A DNA stretch of 64,000 bases from the NCBI RefSeq assembly GCF_041146345.1, contig NW_027191417.1:186001-250000 (forward strand), read 5' to 3'. The DNA comes from Neodothiora populina. Its lineage: Eukaryota. Both the position numbers and the translations under genes were made by a program. Shown here piece after piece: positions 10,330 to 22,101 of the stretch. Within the stretch, counting starts at the first letter, position 1. Each line of letters starts with the position of its first letter. The notes below the pieces were generated by a model that made no database searches, had not been told where the DNA came from, and saw only the letters and a program-made list of their open reading frames with translations.

Positions 10330-12348
10330 ATGTTTTCTCGTCGAGAGCCACCTATCGCGGCTGAAAGTGAGTCTTCATCTTCTTTACCCGTGGCCACTAT
10401 ATGTACATCGCTATGCAAACATACATATTGTCTTTCATATACCCAAAGCAAAGGCCGTGTCGCGAGCTTCGATCGCATATCCTGTGTCAAGCAAGTGAAA
10501 TGCAATAGCACATCATAACTTACTCGCATAATCAGAACGCCCCGATTCGTTGGAAAAGAACGATCAGCCGTACATCTATCCTGATGGTCACGATGTAATC
10601 TCTGATTACGATGATGACAACCAAGTCCAATGCCCGTCACACACAACCGAACGGAAGCTTCTGACCAAGATCGATTGGCATGTTCTGCCATTCCTGTGTA
10701 TCATGTATCTTTTGGCATTCTTGGACCGGTATGTGACACTTCTTCCATGCGTGTACGTTTACTGATCGCTGTCAGTGTGAACATTGCAAACGCGAATGTT
10801 TACGGCCTGTCCAAAGATCTAGGGCTTCTGGGACACGAATACAACACCGCCCTGGTCATCTTCTTTGTCCCTTACATCCTCCTCGAAATCCCTTCGAACA
10901 TCTTGTTGAAGCGTTTCAGGCCGCACGTATGGTGTAAGTCGCCTACCTATTCAAAGCAAAAGTTGGGGTTGTCATCTAATAGTGATTCTTCAGTGTCTGG
11001 ATGTATGTTTGCATTTGGCATCGTAACCCTGTGTCAAGGCTTCGTGCAAAACTACGGTGGTCTCCTCGCCGTTCGCTTCTTTCTGGGCGTCTTCGAAAGT
11101 TCAATGTTCCCAGGTTGCTTTTACTTGATTGGTTAGTGTTCGAGTGACCACTCCTGCGCACAGACCACCATACTCACAGGGTGATACAGGCATGTGGTAT
11201 AGACGTCAAGAAGCCCAGAAAAGATATTCATTCTTCTTCTGCAGTACAACACTAGCAGGAGCCTTCGGTGGCCTGTTAGCTGCCGTTATTGGTAAAATGG
11301 ATGGTGCTGCAGGCTATGAAGGTTGGCGCTGGATATTCATACTCGAGGGCGCGGTGACCGCGACTGTAGGCATAGCCTTCTTTTGGCTACTCCCGGACTT
11401 CCCAGAACAGTCAAAGTGGCTTGCTGAGGATGAGAAAGCCTTCGTCGCTGCCCGTCTGCGCATCGATCAGGGTCGCAGTGCTGTCGAGAGGAGTATCACC
11501 GCCAAAGACGTCTTCAACGTCTTCAAAGACTTGAAGGTCTTTCTCGGAGGCCTGATGTATGCAGGCCTTATTGTGCCTGCGTATAGTTACGCGTACTTCA
11601 GTCCAAGTCTTGTCAAAAACCTTGGGTACTCGAGTATTCAAGCCCAGCTTCACTCTGTGCCTCCGTGGGCGGCGGCTTTTGGATTTGCTATGCTTATGGC
11701 TTTCTTCTCCGACAAGCTGCGTCACCGAGCTGCCTTCGCAATATTCCCCATCTGCGTGGCAATCGCTGGATTCGGAATCTTGATCTCGGTGCACGACAAT
11801 CCCAATTTGCAGTATGCAGCATTGTTTTTGGTGGCCGTGGGAGCATACTCGGCAATGCCCATTATTGTGTGTTGGTTCAACCTTAATCTAGGGTCTCATC
11901 ATCGAAGAAGTGTGGGCACAGCTTGGCAGGTGTCTTTTGGTAACATTGGAGGTATGTTGACCTTTTTCTTTTCTCGAATATTTTTTCTTTTTTTCGAGGT
12001 TTTTTTTTCTTTTTCCTTTTTGTCGAGTACTCTTTTTTCCTCTTCTTCTCTCCCTGGTTTTCCTTTTTTCTCCAAGTCTTACCTCTACTCCAAACTGAGT
12101 TGAGCTCTCATCTGACAGGTATCATTGCTGTCTACGCATTCCTTGCGAAAGACGCGCCTAACTACCTCACCGGCTACAGTATCTGCCTCGCATTCACCGC
12201 CCTCAGCATCGCATCGTGCATCCTGTACTACTTGGCTTGCAGCATACAAAATCGCAACCGAGACAAGATGCCTCGAGATCTCGGTTTGACCGAGTATGAG
12301 AAGACGGAGATGGGAGATTTGAACCCCGAGTACAGATATTTGTTGTGA
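10330..12348 (+). CDS. MFS transporter, anion:cation symporter family (Tna1/Dal5-like); exons 10330-10366, 10536-10728, 10776-10933, 10994-11131, 11190-11951, 12119-12348
   Basis: ERKLLTKIDWHVLP, LDRVNIANA, FFVPYILLEIPSN, RFFLGVFE, GWRWIFILEG and terminal GDLNPEYRY. Canonical introns keep the frame. Confidence 0.93.
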
Positions 12349-13050
12349 TACAGGTCAGCAAGGACCCATCAGCGCCGGATCTGTGTGGAATGTTACGACA
12401 TTTTCGGTGGAATCTGAGCCGGAAAGACATGATGATAGCTGCTTCGAGCGGAAACCGCGGGCAACAAAAACAATATACTTATGACAATGCATGTACAAAT
12501 ATGATTACGCGTAATAAGAACTACAGCAGAAACTCCATATGATCTGATGCGCACAAGAGAAAGTCGCTTTCTTCTACGTGGGATAGAATTCACGAGCAGT
12601 ATTCCGCTGAACCCAGGATATCTCTCTAAAAGCGCAGATGAAGTGAAATATATTTACCCAGGTCTGCAGTAGTAGTACTATTAAACATCCGCCATACAAC
12701 CCACTTCCCGAAGGTTAATCGCGGGGAAGAAAAAAGTGGAGAGTGCTTCATAGAGCAAAATCTCATGCCTGGAGTTGCCCACATAAGCTTTGTGTTTGTT
12801 ACCTAATTGTTTATGTGATTTGTTTTGGCCGCTATATAAATCTCTACTTGCATAATTGGGATTTTCAATACTTTGTGTTCGAGGTCCGTGCAATAGCAGT
12901 TTTCTAGATACGATAATAACCTGTAAACTTGGTAATTCAGCCGATTGCTTAGGTTCAAGAGGTCACATGTTTATGCGGTTCAGGCAGAGAATCGCACACG
13001 CGTGTTTGAGTACTGTCGTTCAACCTAGGTTGGTTTTTGTGAAGCTTCTA

Positions 13051-13133
13051 GGGGGCGTTCAGTACCCCTAGACCACAATGGCCCAAAAGAACCACAATAT
13101 CCCTACTAAGTAGGGGTGTGACTGAACACACCT
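13051..13133. repeat. Imperfect inverted repeat (GTTCAGT...ACCCCTA / TAGGGGT...ACTGAAC), possible MITE or TIR relic
   Basis: Arms at 13051-13070 and 13111-13133 are reverse-complementary apart from a 3-nt indel and a few mismatches. No target-site duplication found. Confidence 0.4.
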
Positions 13134-13585
13134 CCGTATCATCCAAGGACCCGGACTGTAAGGCGATATTGTCCGGATCGTCACAGTTTTGCTGTTTGAC
13201 TTGCTCGTGATTTTCTCCTATCATTTGTACTATTCATTGCTTCGGAGATATGTTAAGGTACTTTTGTTTTGGACAGAGATCGCAGATGGTGTATGGATTT
13301 AAGAGGATACTGGAGAGAAAGAAAAAGCATCTTTGATACCTTCAGGTCCTTGAGGCAGGATTGATGTGCGTCGAGTTTGTGCTATCAACATATCTGACGG
13401 GAGGAGACATCTATATATGATCGTGCGGGAAACCTAGGTGCCAACCTATATCTGACTGGGTTCAGTGACCCGAGGGAGTGGCTCACTGGCGTGCCCAAGG
13501 ACAGGGTTTGGTATGCACCTCGCGTAGGATTAAGTCGACCATCATCCTCAACCCTACTTCTTACCTTGCCTCATCAGTCTTCCCA

Positions 13586-13793
13586 CCCAGACTTGCCATA
13601 CCTGGGTACTCCCCAGCTGGACTCCCCATCCCTTCCCTCCCCTCCCTAGACTTTTTCCCCCTCCCTGGACTTCCCTCCTAATCTGGCTTTCCATCCCTGC
13701 CTTGGGCTTCCCCTACCTGGACTTGCTCTCATATCTGAGCCTTCCTTACCTGCGGCTCCCCTACCTTGGACTTTCCCATCTAGACTTCCACCA
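13586..13793 (+). repeat. Degenerate 15-bp minisatellite (consensus ~CCTGGACTTCCCNNN, ~13 units), probably a decayed P-G-L-P-x coding repeat
   Basis: Units include CCTGGGTACTCCCCA, GCTGGACTCCCCATC, CCTGGACTTCCCTCC, CTTGGGCTTCCCCTA, CCTGGACTTGCTCTC and TCTAGACTTCCACCA. Confidence 0.7.
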
Positions 13794-14417
13794 CTTCTCC
13801 AACCAAGTCTTTGCACGAATTGACCGAGAGGAAAATCCAGAGCAACGACGAGAAGAGGGCCAATTGACATCAAAAGAAAACAGTCACCAAGAGCAAAGAT
13901 CTCCGACGACCAGGTCTGGAGACACTCCCTCATGGCAGGATTTTCCTCTTGCAGATCTATCTATATACGTACCCAATAAATAGGTCCTGTCTGCTGCTTA
14001 CTTGCTTTGACTCGCTCGCTCGCTTTCTTTTTGACCGCCCGCATGTCGCCCCCCATTCCTTCCCAATCGCTCGAAGATACACACACTCGCCTACCGGACC
14101 ACCGTCGCCTTTGCCACCGTTGCCTATGTGTACACAGGGAAAACAAGGAAAATACTAAAATGGAAAATATAATTTGATAGAAGAGAAATAAGAAAACAAA
14201 CAAATGCTGGTCGCTGTTGAGATGGATAAGAAATGGAATGCCGGATCACAACGCCTCGCCATATGTAACAATGGAAATTAAAGAAATCAACAAAGATGAT
14301 GATGTCGCCTTGCCTGACGCGACGGAGGGGAAGACGTCCAAGTCATCTGAACCCTCTATGGTTTACCCCTCTTCGAGGGGCTCTAAGTGTATGTTCCAAT
14401 GACGACGAAAGAACACC

Positions 14418-15482
14418 TCAAGCCTTGTTTCTGCGGCCACCGAAGATGCTCTTTCTGTCAAACTTGCCAGCCGTCTTCTCGTTCGAGGCAAGGCTGTCGG
14501 AGGTGTATGCTTTCTTGCTACCCTTCTTCCTGCCGGTCCTGACATCGCGTCGGCTCGCACAGCAGCAGCAGAGACACAGCTGGATGATGAACGCTAGGAA
14601 CGAAGAGGCAGCTGCTATCCACATGAACGCAAACATCTTGTTTCCGAGGTTGGCGCCGATGTTAAGCTCGGCGACAGAGGTCAGGACGTTTCGCAGGATT
14701 ATGAACAAGACAGTGGCCACGACTGTTGCGACGCAGGTGAAGAGGGCTGTCAGAAACGTGAAGAACATGATGACAAAGGCCCACCAGCGGGAGAAGACGG
14801 AGACGAATTGCACGAACATCATGACGAAGGACATGCACGCTCCGGTGAGGAAGAGACCGAACATCCATTTCGAGACGATGCGAATCAGGTCGAGATCGTT
14901 GGTCAAATCGGTGGGGAGAGTGACTGTGGGACAATTGTGGTCAGTATGCGAGATGCTGCTGCAGAGGGGGGGGGAGGAGCGGAAGAAAAGGACCGTACTT
15001 GTGGCGCCAGCGAGAAGCTCGCTGAGAATAATGGACACTGGATCGAACCAATATAGCGTCTCCGGCTTGGAGCAATGGGTCACACCCCGGCTGTCATGAT
15101 ATCCTTCACAGAAGTTCCACAGACCAACGCGATAGAAGTCGTGCAGACCGATGGTCTGGGCGATGGAGTTGACGATGGCGGCATTTGGCACAGAGACTGG
15201 GAAAATGTCGGAAAGGTCGACATTTATGAAATAAATGCTGGTGAGTGTACTGAAGCCTCTGTCTGTTTGGGCGACCTCAACGAGGATCAGGAAAATCCAT
15301 GTGAGTAGCAATAAGAAGGTGCATATGAAAGTCCAGATTAGGCGGGTCCGGGTCGCTCTCTTGACTTGATCGTGTGTAAAACCTTCAGTGAGGGTTCTGT
15401 CTGTTTCCATTGAATGGCCTCTTGTGCCGTCCGAAGATGTTGCTTCTTCTTCTCTCGCTGCTCTTTTGGACCTGCCAAACAT
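14418..15482 (-). CDS. SUR7/PalI-family four-pass membrane protein; exons 15482-14999, 14923-14418
   Basis: Signature GLHDFYRVGLWNFCEGY; four hydrophobic helices; Cys cluster CLCCCC; GTACGG...CTGAC...CAG intron of 75 nt. Confidence 0.92.
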   Translation of the reverse strand: MFGRSKRAAREEEATSSDGTRGHSMETDRTLTEGFTHDQVKRATRTRLIWTFICTFLLLLTWIFLILVEVAQTDRGFSTLTSIYFINVDLSDIFPVSVPNAAIVNSIAQTIGLHDFYRVGLWNFCEGYHDSRGVTHCSKPETLYWFDPVSIILSELLAGATSTVLFFRSSPPLCSSISHTDHNCPTVTLPTDLTNDLDLIRIVSKWMFGLFLTGACMSFVMMFVQFVSVFSRWWAFVIMFFTFLTALFTCVATVVATVLFIILRNVLTSVAELNIGANLGNKMFAFMWIAAASSFLAFIIQLCLCCCCASRRDVRTGRKKGSKKAYTSDSLASNEKTAGKFDRKSIFGGRRNKA

Positions 15483-17079
15483 TGTCGATGGTACACTCAA
15501 AGGGACTCGGCGGACAAAAAGTGTGGCTGTGCGTTCTAATTTATGGTCCGAGAATAATCTAGCACTGCCACCGTCTCGTTTCGTAAATACTATATCTGAT
15601 GATGTGAAACCAGGGGCTCGTCCACGGGCGAAGAGAAAATCGTGGAGTATTAGTTCAAACAAAAGGGGGCCAGACGGGCCTCTTGTTCAAACGAGATGAG
15701 ATCTCTTTTCAAGAGGGAGTCAGAGGTAAAAAAAAAATCACACGAGACATAGATTTGGAACTACGGAGCCTAAGAAGAGCAGGGGGAAGGCCATGGAGTG
15801 GATTTTGATCTAACCCCCAGTCCAAGCTCGAAACAACGACATCATGCATCGACTCTACTTGCCCTTCCTCGGGCTTGAGGTTGATTGCGTCGACCCGACA
15901 AAGACGGGAGACGGAGAGACGGGTGATGAGTTGCGGTGCGCCTCTGCTGAACTGGCGATATGAGACCATATTTTCCTTAGCTGATCGCTGGCAGAGTTCA
16001 CGCTTGCGACTACGCTTGCACTTCTTGTTGGGGCTGGGGGGCAGTGTGGGTTGTACATCATCTGTCGTGTCGGTCGGGGCGCATTTTTGCATTCACCATT
16101 CTGCAGCCCTGTAAGGTATGCATCATAAACACGTTCTCACATGCAGCAATGCAGCCACAAGCACAAATTTGGCTCCCCAAACGTCATACCCGCGCGAACC
16201 CGGTAGGGTACGGTAGAGCTAAAAACAGATACGCAGGGACGTAATTTGTAGAAGGCCCAAAGTTAATCTCGACTTCAGATGGTTCATCGTGGAGGTATAC
16301 AAGATGCAAAACTTTTGCTTCTCGAGATGGCTATTCCCAACACTCGAGTTCGCAAAAGGTGTGCGCAGACGAATGAGCCCACATTTCGACTGGACGCTAC
16401 AGGTACATCACGATATCGTATGTGGGACTCCAGACGCGTTGATCCCATCTGTGCATTGAAAATCCCAAGATCCTGATTGTCTCAATAACCACAACGTGAT
16501 TGAACTGCGGCAGAGGGAACTTACGCGGCGTCTTCGGCCGAGAGCCGGCCATTCTGCGCAGATCCAGCGATCCAAGTATCCTAACCCACTCCTCACACCT
16601 TTTCGGTGTGGAAGAAGAAGCACAGAAGCGTTTTTCTTTCTCCAACCTCTCCACACACGTCATGCTTTTGCTGATATTGCAGACCGATATGCTTTTGAAT
16701 CCCTGTGTCCCGAGGATTCACATTGAGGATGCTGCGCATCGCGCGGCACCCAATGCGCATCATGGCCCGAGTTTAGCTTCTGATATACCGTAAAGTAATG
16801 ACCCTTACTGTACGGTGATGTGATAGTGTGTCTGTGTGTCTCTCACTGCCCTACTTTTTGTCACTGTACACATCCCGGAGCTTCCACTCTACCGGCTCTG
16901 CTATCCTTTTTTCTTTCCCTTTATCATCGTTGCGTGCATCCCATATCCCCACATCATCTGTGCTTTTTGGGTGTCTGCTCTGCTACATAGATTCCTGTCG
17001 CTTTTGTCTGCATACCACTGACTGTAGCCCCATTCATCTCACCGCCCCCCTTTCTTTTCTTCTTGGGAACAAGGCAGCA

Positions 17080-18650
17080 ATGCTATCCCGCAATCTCTGG
17101 CTTGTCGCTTTACTGGCGGTAGGCAGCTACGCACAGTCTTCAGACGAAAGCTCGTCTTCAGAATCGTCGAGTTCGTCGAGTTCATCATCCCGAAGAGCGT
17201 CGGGATCCAGCAGTTCTGGCGATGCGAGTATAGTCACTCTCGCCGGCACTGCGTCAGGACCAGATTTCACAGGCAGCCAATACACATACGCATCTGTCTC
17301 AGGCCAACTCACCGCAAGTGATTTATACACGTCGAGATCCAGAACTTCGTCCAGCTCCTCTGCATCGAGCACCGGCACATGCACTCACTCGTCGTGTTCG
17401 AGCGCCTCAGGCAGCCGCACCTCCAGCGTGAGCACCATCACCTCGACCTCCAAGGGATCAACCAGCATCGTTTCTTTGCTTGTCGGTGGCGGCGGCGTCG
17501 TCACTCAGACTATCGTCAACGGCACCGTCACTCTCTCTGCACACCAGAACGCTACCGCAACTACCTCGTCGACTTCTTCTTCTTCTGGAAGCACCTCCTC
17601 TTCGGCAGCCCCTACAAACACCCAACCTTGCAATGGCTGGCCCGAGTTCTGCAACAGAAAGTACGGCAACATCACCGAGGTCTGCGCCCACAATGCCGCT
17701 TTCAGCATCAAGGGTAATGCTGCAAGCAACCAAGACACGACCATAACCCAACAATTGAACGACGGAGTCCGCATGATTCAGGGAGAGACACAATGGGTCA
17801 ACAACACCATCTACAACTGCCACACGAGCTGTGATCTGCTCAATGCCGGCACTTGGCAGTCTGGGCTGGAAGAGGTGGCGGCCTGGGTGCGTGACCACCC
17901 TTACGACGTCGTCACCCTCCTCATCGTCAACAGCCAGTTCATCTATGTGGACAACTACACCGCCCCTCTGCAAGCCTCTGGCCTTGGTCCCTACCTCTAT
18001 GAGCCGCCATACATTCCCATGCGTCTCGATCAGTGGCCTACGCTGTCCGAGATGATTCTCACCCAGAAGCGCGTCGTTGTCTTTATGGATTACATGGCTG
18101 ATCAGACCACGGTGCCTTACATCTTGGACGAGTTCACTCACATGTGGGAGACGCCTTTCTCCCCTACCGATACTTCATTCCCTTGCGACATCCAGCGTCC
18201 TCCAGGTCTCAACGAGACCGTCGGCAGAGACGAGCGCATGTACATGGCCAACCACAACCTGAACGCCGAGATTAGCCTCTTGGGCAACTCTTTCCTCGTG
18301 CCCAATACTGCCGAACTGAACGTGACCAACGCCGCAGGCCTTCAGCAGCAGATGTTGGGTGCCAACGCGGGCAACTGCACCGGTCAGTTCTTTTTTTTTC
18401 TTATACACATCAATGCACAGTGACTGACGTTCTCGCAGAGCGATGGGGCCGCCCACCAAACTTCTTGCTCGTAGACTACTACGACAACGGCAACGGCTCA
18501 GTCTTCGAAGTCGCAGCTAAACACAACAACGTCACGTACGACCGTGCATGCTGCGGCATCGTCACGTCCGACGCTGTACGACACAGCGGGCGCGCGCAAC
18601 TCATCGTCGCCGCTGCTGCTGTGGCGTTTGCCATGAGCCTGGCGTGGTAG
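17080..18650 (+). CDS. Secreted, probably GPI-anchored PI-PLC X-domain (PLC-like phosphodiesterase) protein with a long Ser/Thr-rich N-terminus; exons 17080-18382, 18439-18650
   Basis: Signal peptide MLSRNLWLVALLAVGSYA; CNGWPEFC, CAHNA, QLNDGVRM, CHTSCDLL, WPTLSEMI, WETPF and RPPNFLLVDYY; hydrophobic C-terminus. Confidence 0.9.
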
Positions 18651-19549
18651 AGAAGTAGAGGGTCCATGTATCTATTAATTTTTCTTTAATTTTTTTTTTA
18701 CCTATTGTCACTGTCAACATCAGCATCTTTTTACGAACCAAAGGAAGGCAATACATCTAACACAATAGGAATGGGAAACAGGAAGGGGGGTTGGGCAAGG
18801 GGACGTGGAACATGGTGGCCAGGCGTAACGTTTTTCACTTGAATCTGTCAAGCATCTTTGGTTGGTTGAGCGTGCTTCGTTCTCGACAAGCGCCGCATTT
18901 TGTATTTTTTTTTTTATCTTTTCGCTTCTGATTCTTATCAAAATCCAATTATTTAACAATTCACCCTGCCACTTGACCCTTCTACCGTAGTGCATACATC
19001 CTCATTCTTACTTCGGGCAAATCGCGAGCGAGTTCTAGGATCATATGGTGATTGATACACGGATCACTTTTCGTATTTACTGTGTGTTCTGATGCTCTTT
19101 TCCCTGGAGCGTCGTGAGCGGTAGATGGGCAGTTTTTCGTGCCTCTATGGAGTGGAGTATACATATATATATACATCTCAGCATCTCTGTTTACGTACCT
19201 ATGTTGCGTTACGTTGCATTGCATGGGACGGGCTGGGCAGGTATGGCATCTGGGATCCACGCTGTACCTCCAGACATGTCCAACTACGTGACAAGTCGTC
19301 GCATGGAATAGGTCAGCAGACAGGCAAAGTAGGTGAATTTGCGTGTAGCTTCTTGTAGAGAGCGCATGTCATGGTCATGATTTGGATTTGATGCCGTTTT
19401 TTCATATACTACACTGCACACTACATGCGTACTTACTCCCTTCTGAATAGCGAAGTTATTCGTTTTATTGGTATCTCTTTGCATGTTCGTGACTCTTTCC
19501 TCGACCCTTCTCGAAGAAGCTCTTTCTCTCCGATAACAAGTTACGTTAC

Positions 19550-21719
19550 TCAGAGCTTGCTCTTGTGGAAACTCCTGCTCTTGTCCTCTCTGAACAGCGT
19601 CTCACTGTCAGGATAGGGATCGACGGTGACAGCGTTGAGCGGGTTGAGCTCCGACGCCCTGTGGAACATGTCCTCGTAAACCTTTCCGTCGTGTCTTCCG
19701 AGACTGGAGTCGAGTTGCCAGTCGGGGAAGTCCCACGAGTCGACCAGACGCACGGCGTGGGGTCTGATCTCCTCGAGCAGCTTCATGACGGCCGAGGTGC
19801 GCGCGAGCTGGATCTGGCGCACGGTCACCGCGGCCGAGGTGTAGAACTCCGAGGCCTCTTGCTCGAGAGTGTGTAGCGCATAAAGGCGGAAGAGCTTGTG
19901 CATTATACCCTTGGTCTCCGGGTCGAGGTCGTCGGTCGTCGTGGCGTACAGGGCTTCGTAGAAGTTCTTGACCACCATGTATTGAGAGTGGGCGCGGGAC
20001 AGGCGGTAGAAATCGACGAGCAGCGAGTTCCATGGCTTGTGGGTTTCGTCGCGGTGCTTGAGCGCTTCGAAGGTCAAGAAGGCCGACCGCCAGGCGAATG
20101 CCGAGACGATGTCCGAGTCTGAGTTCAAAATGTCAAAGGCGGCGCCTGTGTCCTGGCGGGAGAGGAAGGTGGTGAGGATCTGAGTCGTGTCGTTGGAGGG
20201 TTCCTGTCCCTTGAGCACGCTGCGGGCGGCCTTGAGAAGCTGTAGTTGGTCACGTGTTAGTCCAGTGAACAATGCTTATGGATTCGACTATAGAAAGACT
20301 TACGTAGCGGGCGACCTGCTGAGTCAACATGTAGTTGTCACCTTCCCACGTTGCAGTCGGCAGGTAATCAGCATACCAGGTACCGATGCCACTGAAACTG
20401 CTGTATCCGTGACCACCGCACGCCCTTCTGCACACCTCGAGACCATCGACGGCGGTGCTCGAAGCGAGTGACTTCAGACCACAGGAAGTGGCGTGCAGAT
20501 CTGCCAACAAATCACTGCCTGCATGAGTCTCCTCGGGTCCGGCACCTCTCTCTTTGGAACCGACCTTGCCGACGTCTTGGCTCATCTTCTTCTGATTGGC
20601 CTCGTAGAGGTTCATCATACCACGACCAGTGAAATGCAGAGCAAAGGTAGTCGCAAGGAGGGTGAGCAGTCTGATCTGCACGGTGGTGTAGTTGAGGACC
20701 TGGTTCTCGCCGGCGGTGTTTTGCGCGTCGCGGTCTTGAAACTGGCGGCGTACAGCTGCATAGCGAGTGGCGATGGTCACACCACGGGCCAGAACACCGC
20801 CTGCCTGCAGAACGATGGTGCTACGGACCCAGGTCAGGGTGCCATAGATGAGAGAAGGCGATGCTGGACGGAGGTATTTCGATGTCTTGGGATCGATGCT
20901 GGAGAATCGGGCAAGCATGCTGATGTGGGGCACCTTGACCTTGTGGAAGAGCAAGAAACCGTTATCCATGGTGTTGTAGCCAAATTTGGGGCCGATATCA
21001 CCAACGTGAATGTTCGGCAAGGGCTGGTGGGTCTTAAGATCCCGGATCTGAACAACAAAGGGATGAGGCCCATAAGGCTTGCCCTTGAGGATGAGCTGAG
21101 CCATGACCACAGCATAGTTAGCTGTTCGGCCGAGCGATCCAATCCACCACTTGGATGCAGTCAGATGCGGTGAATGAATGGTGAAAGTCTTGTCGTCCTC
21201 GTTCCATGTCGCCGTAGTCTCAAGACCACGCACGTTCGAACCGTGACCGAGCTCGGTCTGGGCGTAACAGCCAATGTATTCGTAGTTCTGAGCTTTCTTG
21301 AGAAAGACTTCGTGTTGCTCCGGACTTCCCTGGTCGCGAAGGGTAATCAAGAACATACTCTCGTGCAAGCCGTACGGGCCGGGCTCGGAGATCAGCTCGT
21401 TGGCGCACATCTTGTCCTGCTGCTCCCATTTGTGCTTGACCTCGAGCTGTCTCAGCTTCTTGGCTCTGGCCAGCGCCGTCTCGAAGCGATCTACTCTGCC
21501 AGCATAGTAGTTCTGGCTCTTATCAAACACCTTTTCCTTCTGTAGGATTGCCAAGATGCGTCTTTTCCTCTGCAGACCTTCTTTCTTGTGGAGGAACATG
21601 GCAAGTTGATCAACATTGATCTTTGATTGTGCTCGCTCATTAGCAAGCAATTCACTGCCTTGAGGGCCGGATGGTTTGAGATCCTTGACCCATTGTGGCG
21701 TAGGTACCACGGGTGCCAT
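19550..21719 (-). CDS. POX1: Peroxisomal acyl-CoA oxidase; exons 21719-20304, 20239-19550
   Basis: GCYAQTELGHGSNVRGLETTAT, KWWIG, CRRACGGHGY and TWEGDN; C-terminal PTS1 -SKL. Confidence 0.97.
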
Positions 21720-21915
21720 CTTTGCTACGGCGGGTTGCACAAGACCGGGAAAGCACAGTGAGAATAAAAGATGATCAAGAGGATGTGTCGAGATGTATCA
21801 ATGGATGATGAGATGGTATAAGATGAACAATTCTTAGGGAAGACTGTGAAAAAAGGGAGAGACAGTAGTATATAACTTATCATATGCATCATCGTCCAAT
21901 CGTTCACTCCAAACA

Positions 21916-22101
21916 CCGAGGGGTTTGCCTCGGCTGTCTTGCATGCACGGATCGCTGTGAGGTCTGTCAAGTCTATATCGTCGGTCGCCATATCTGGGGC
22001 TCCGCGCTTGGCGGCACCTCCCCAGCTTCCGGTCCGCTTATCGAGGGTACGATTTGCTTGTGGAAGACGACCGCTGGGCAGCATGAGCGTGATCGCCGAG
22101 G
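21916..22101. promoter_or_regulatory. FarA/FarB (CTF1)-type CCGAGG/CCTCGG fatty-acid response elements at 21916-21921, 21928-21933 and 22096-22101 (another at 22640-22645)
   Basis: Exact hexamers 200-380 bp upstream of the acyl-CoA oxidase ATG; the first two form an inverted pair. Confidence 0.7.
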
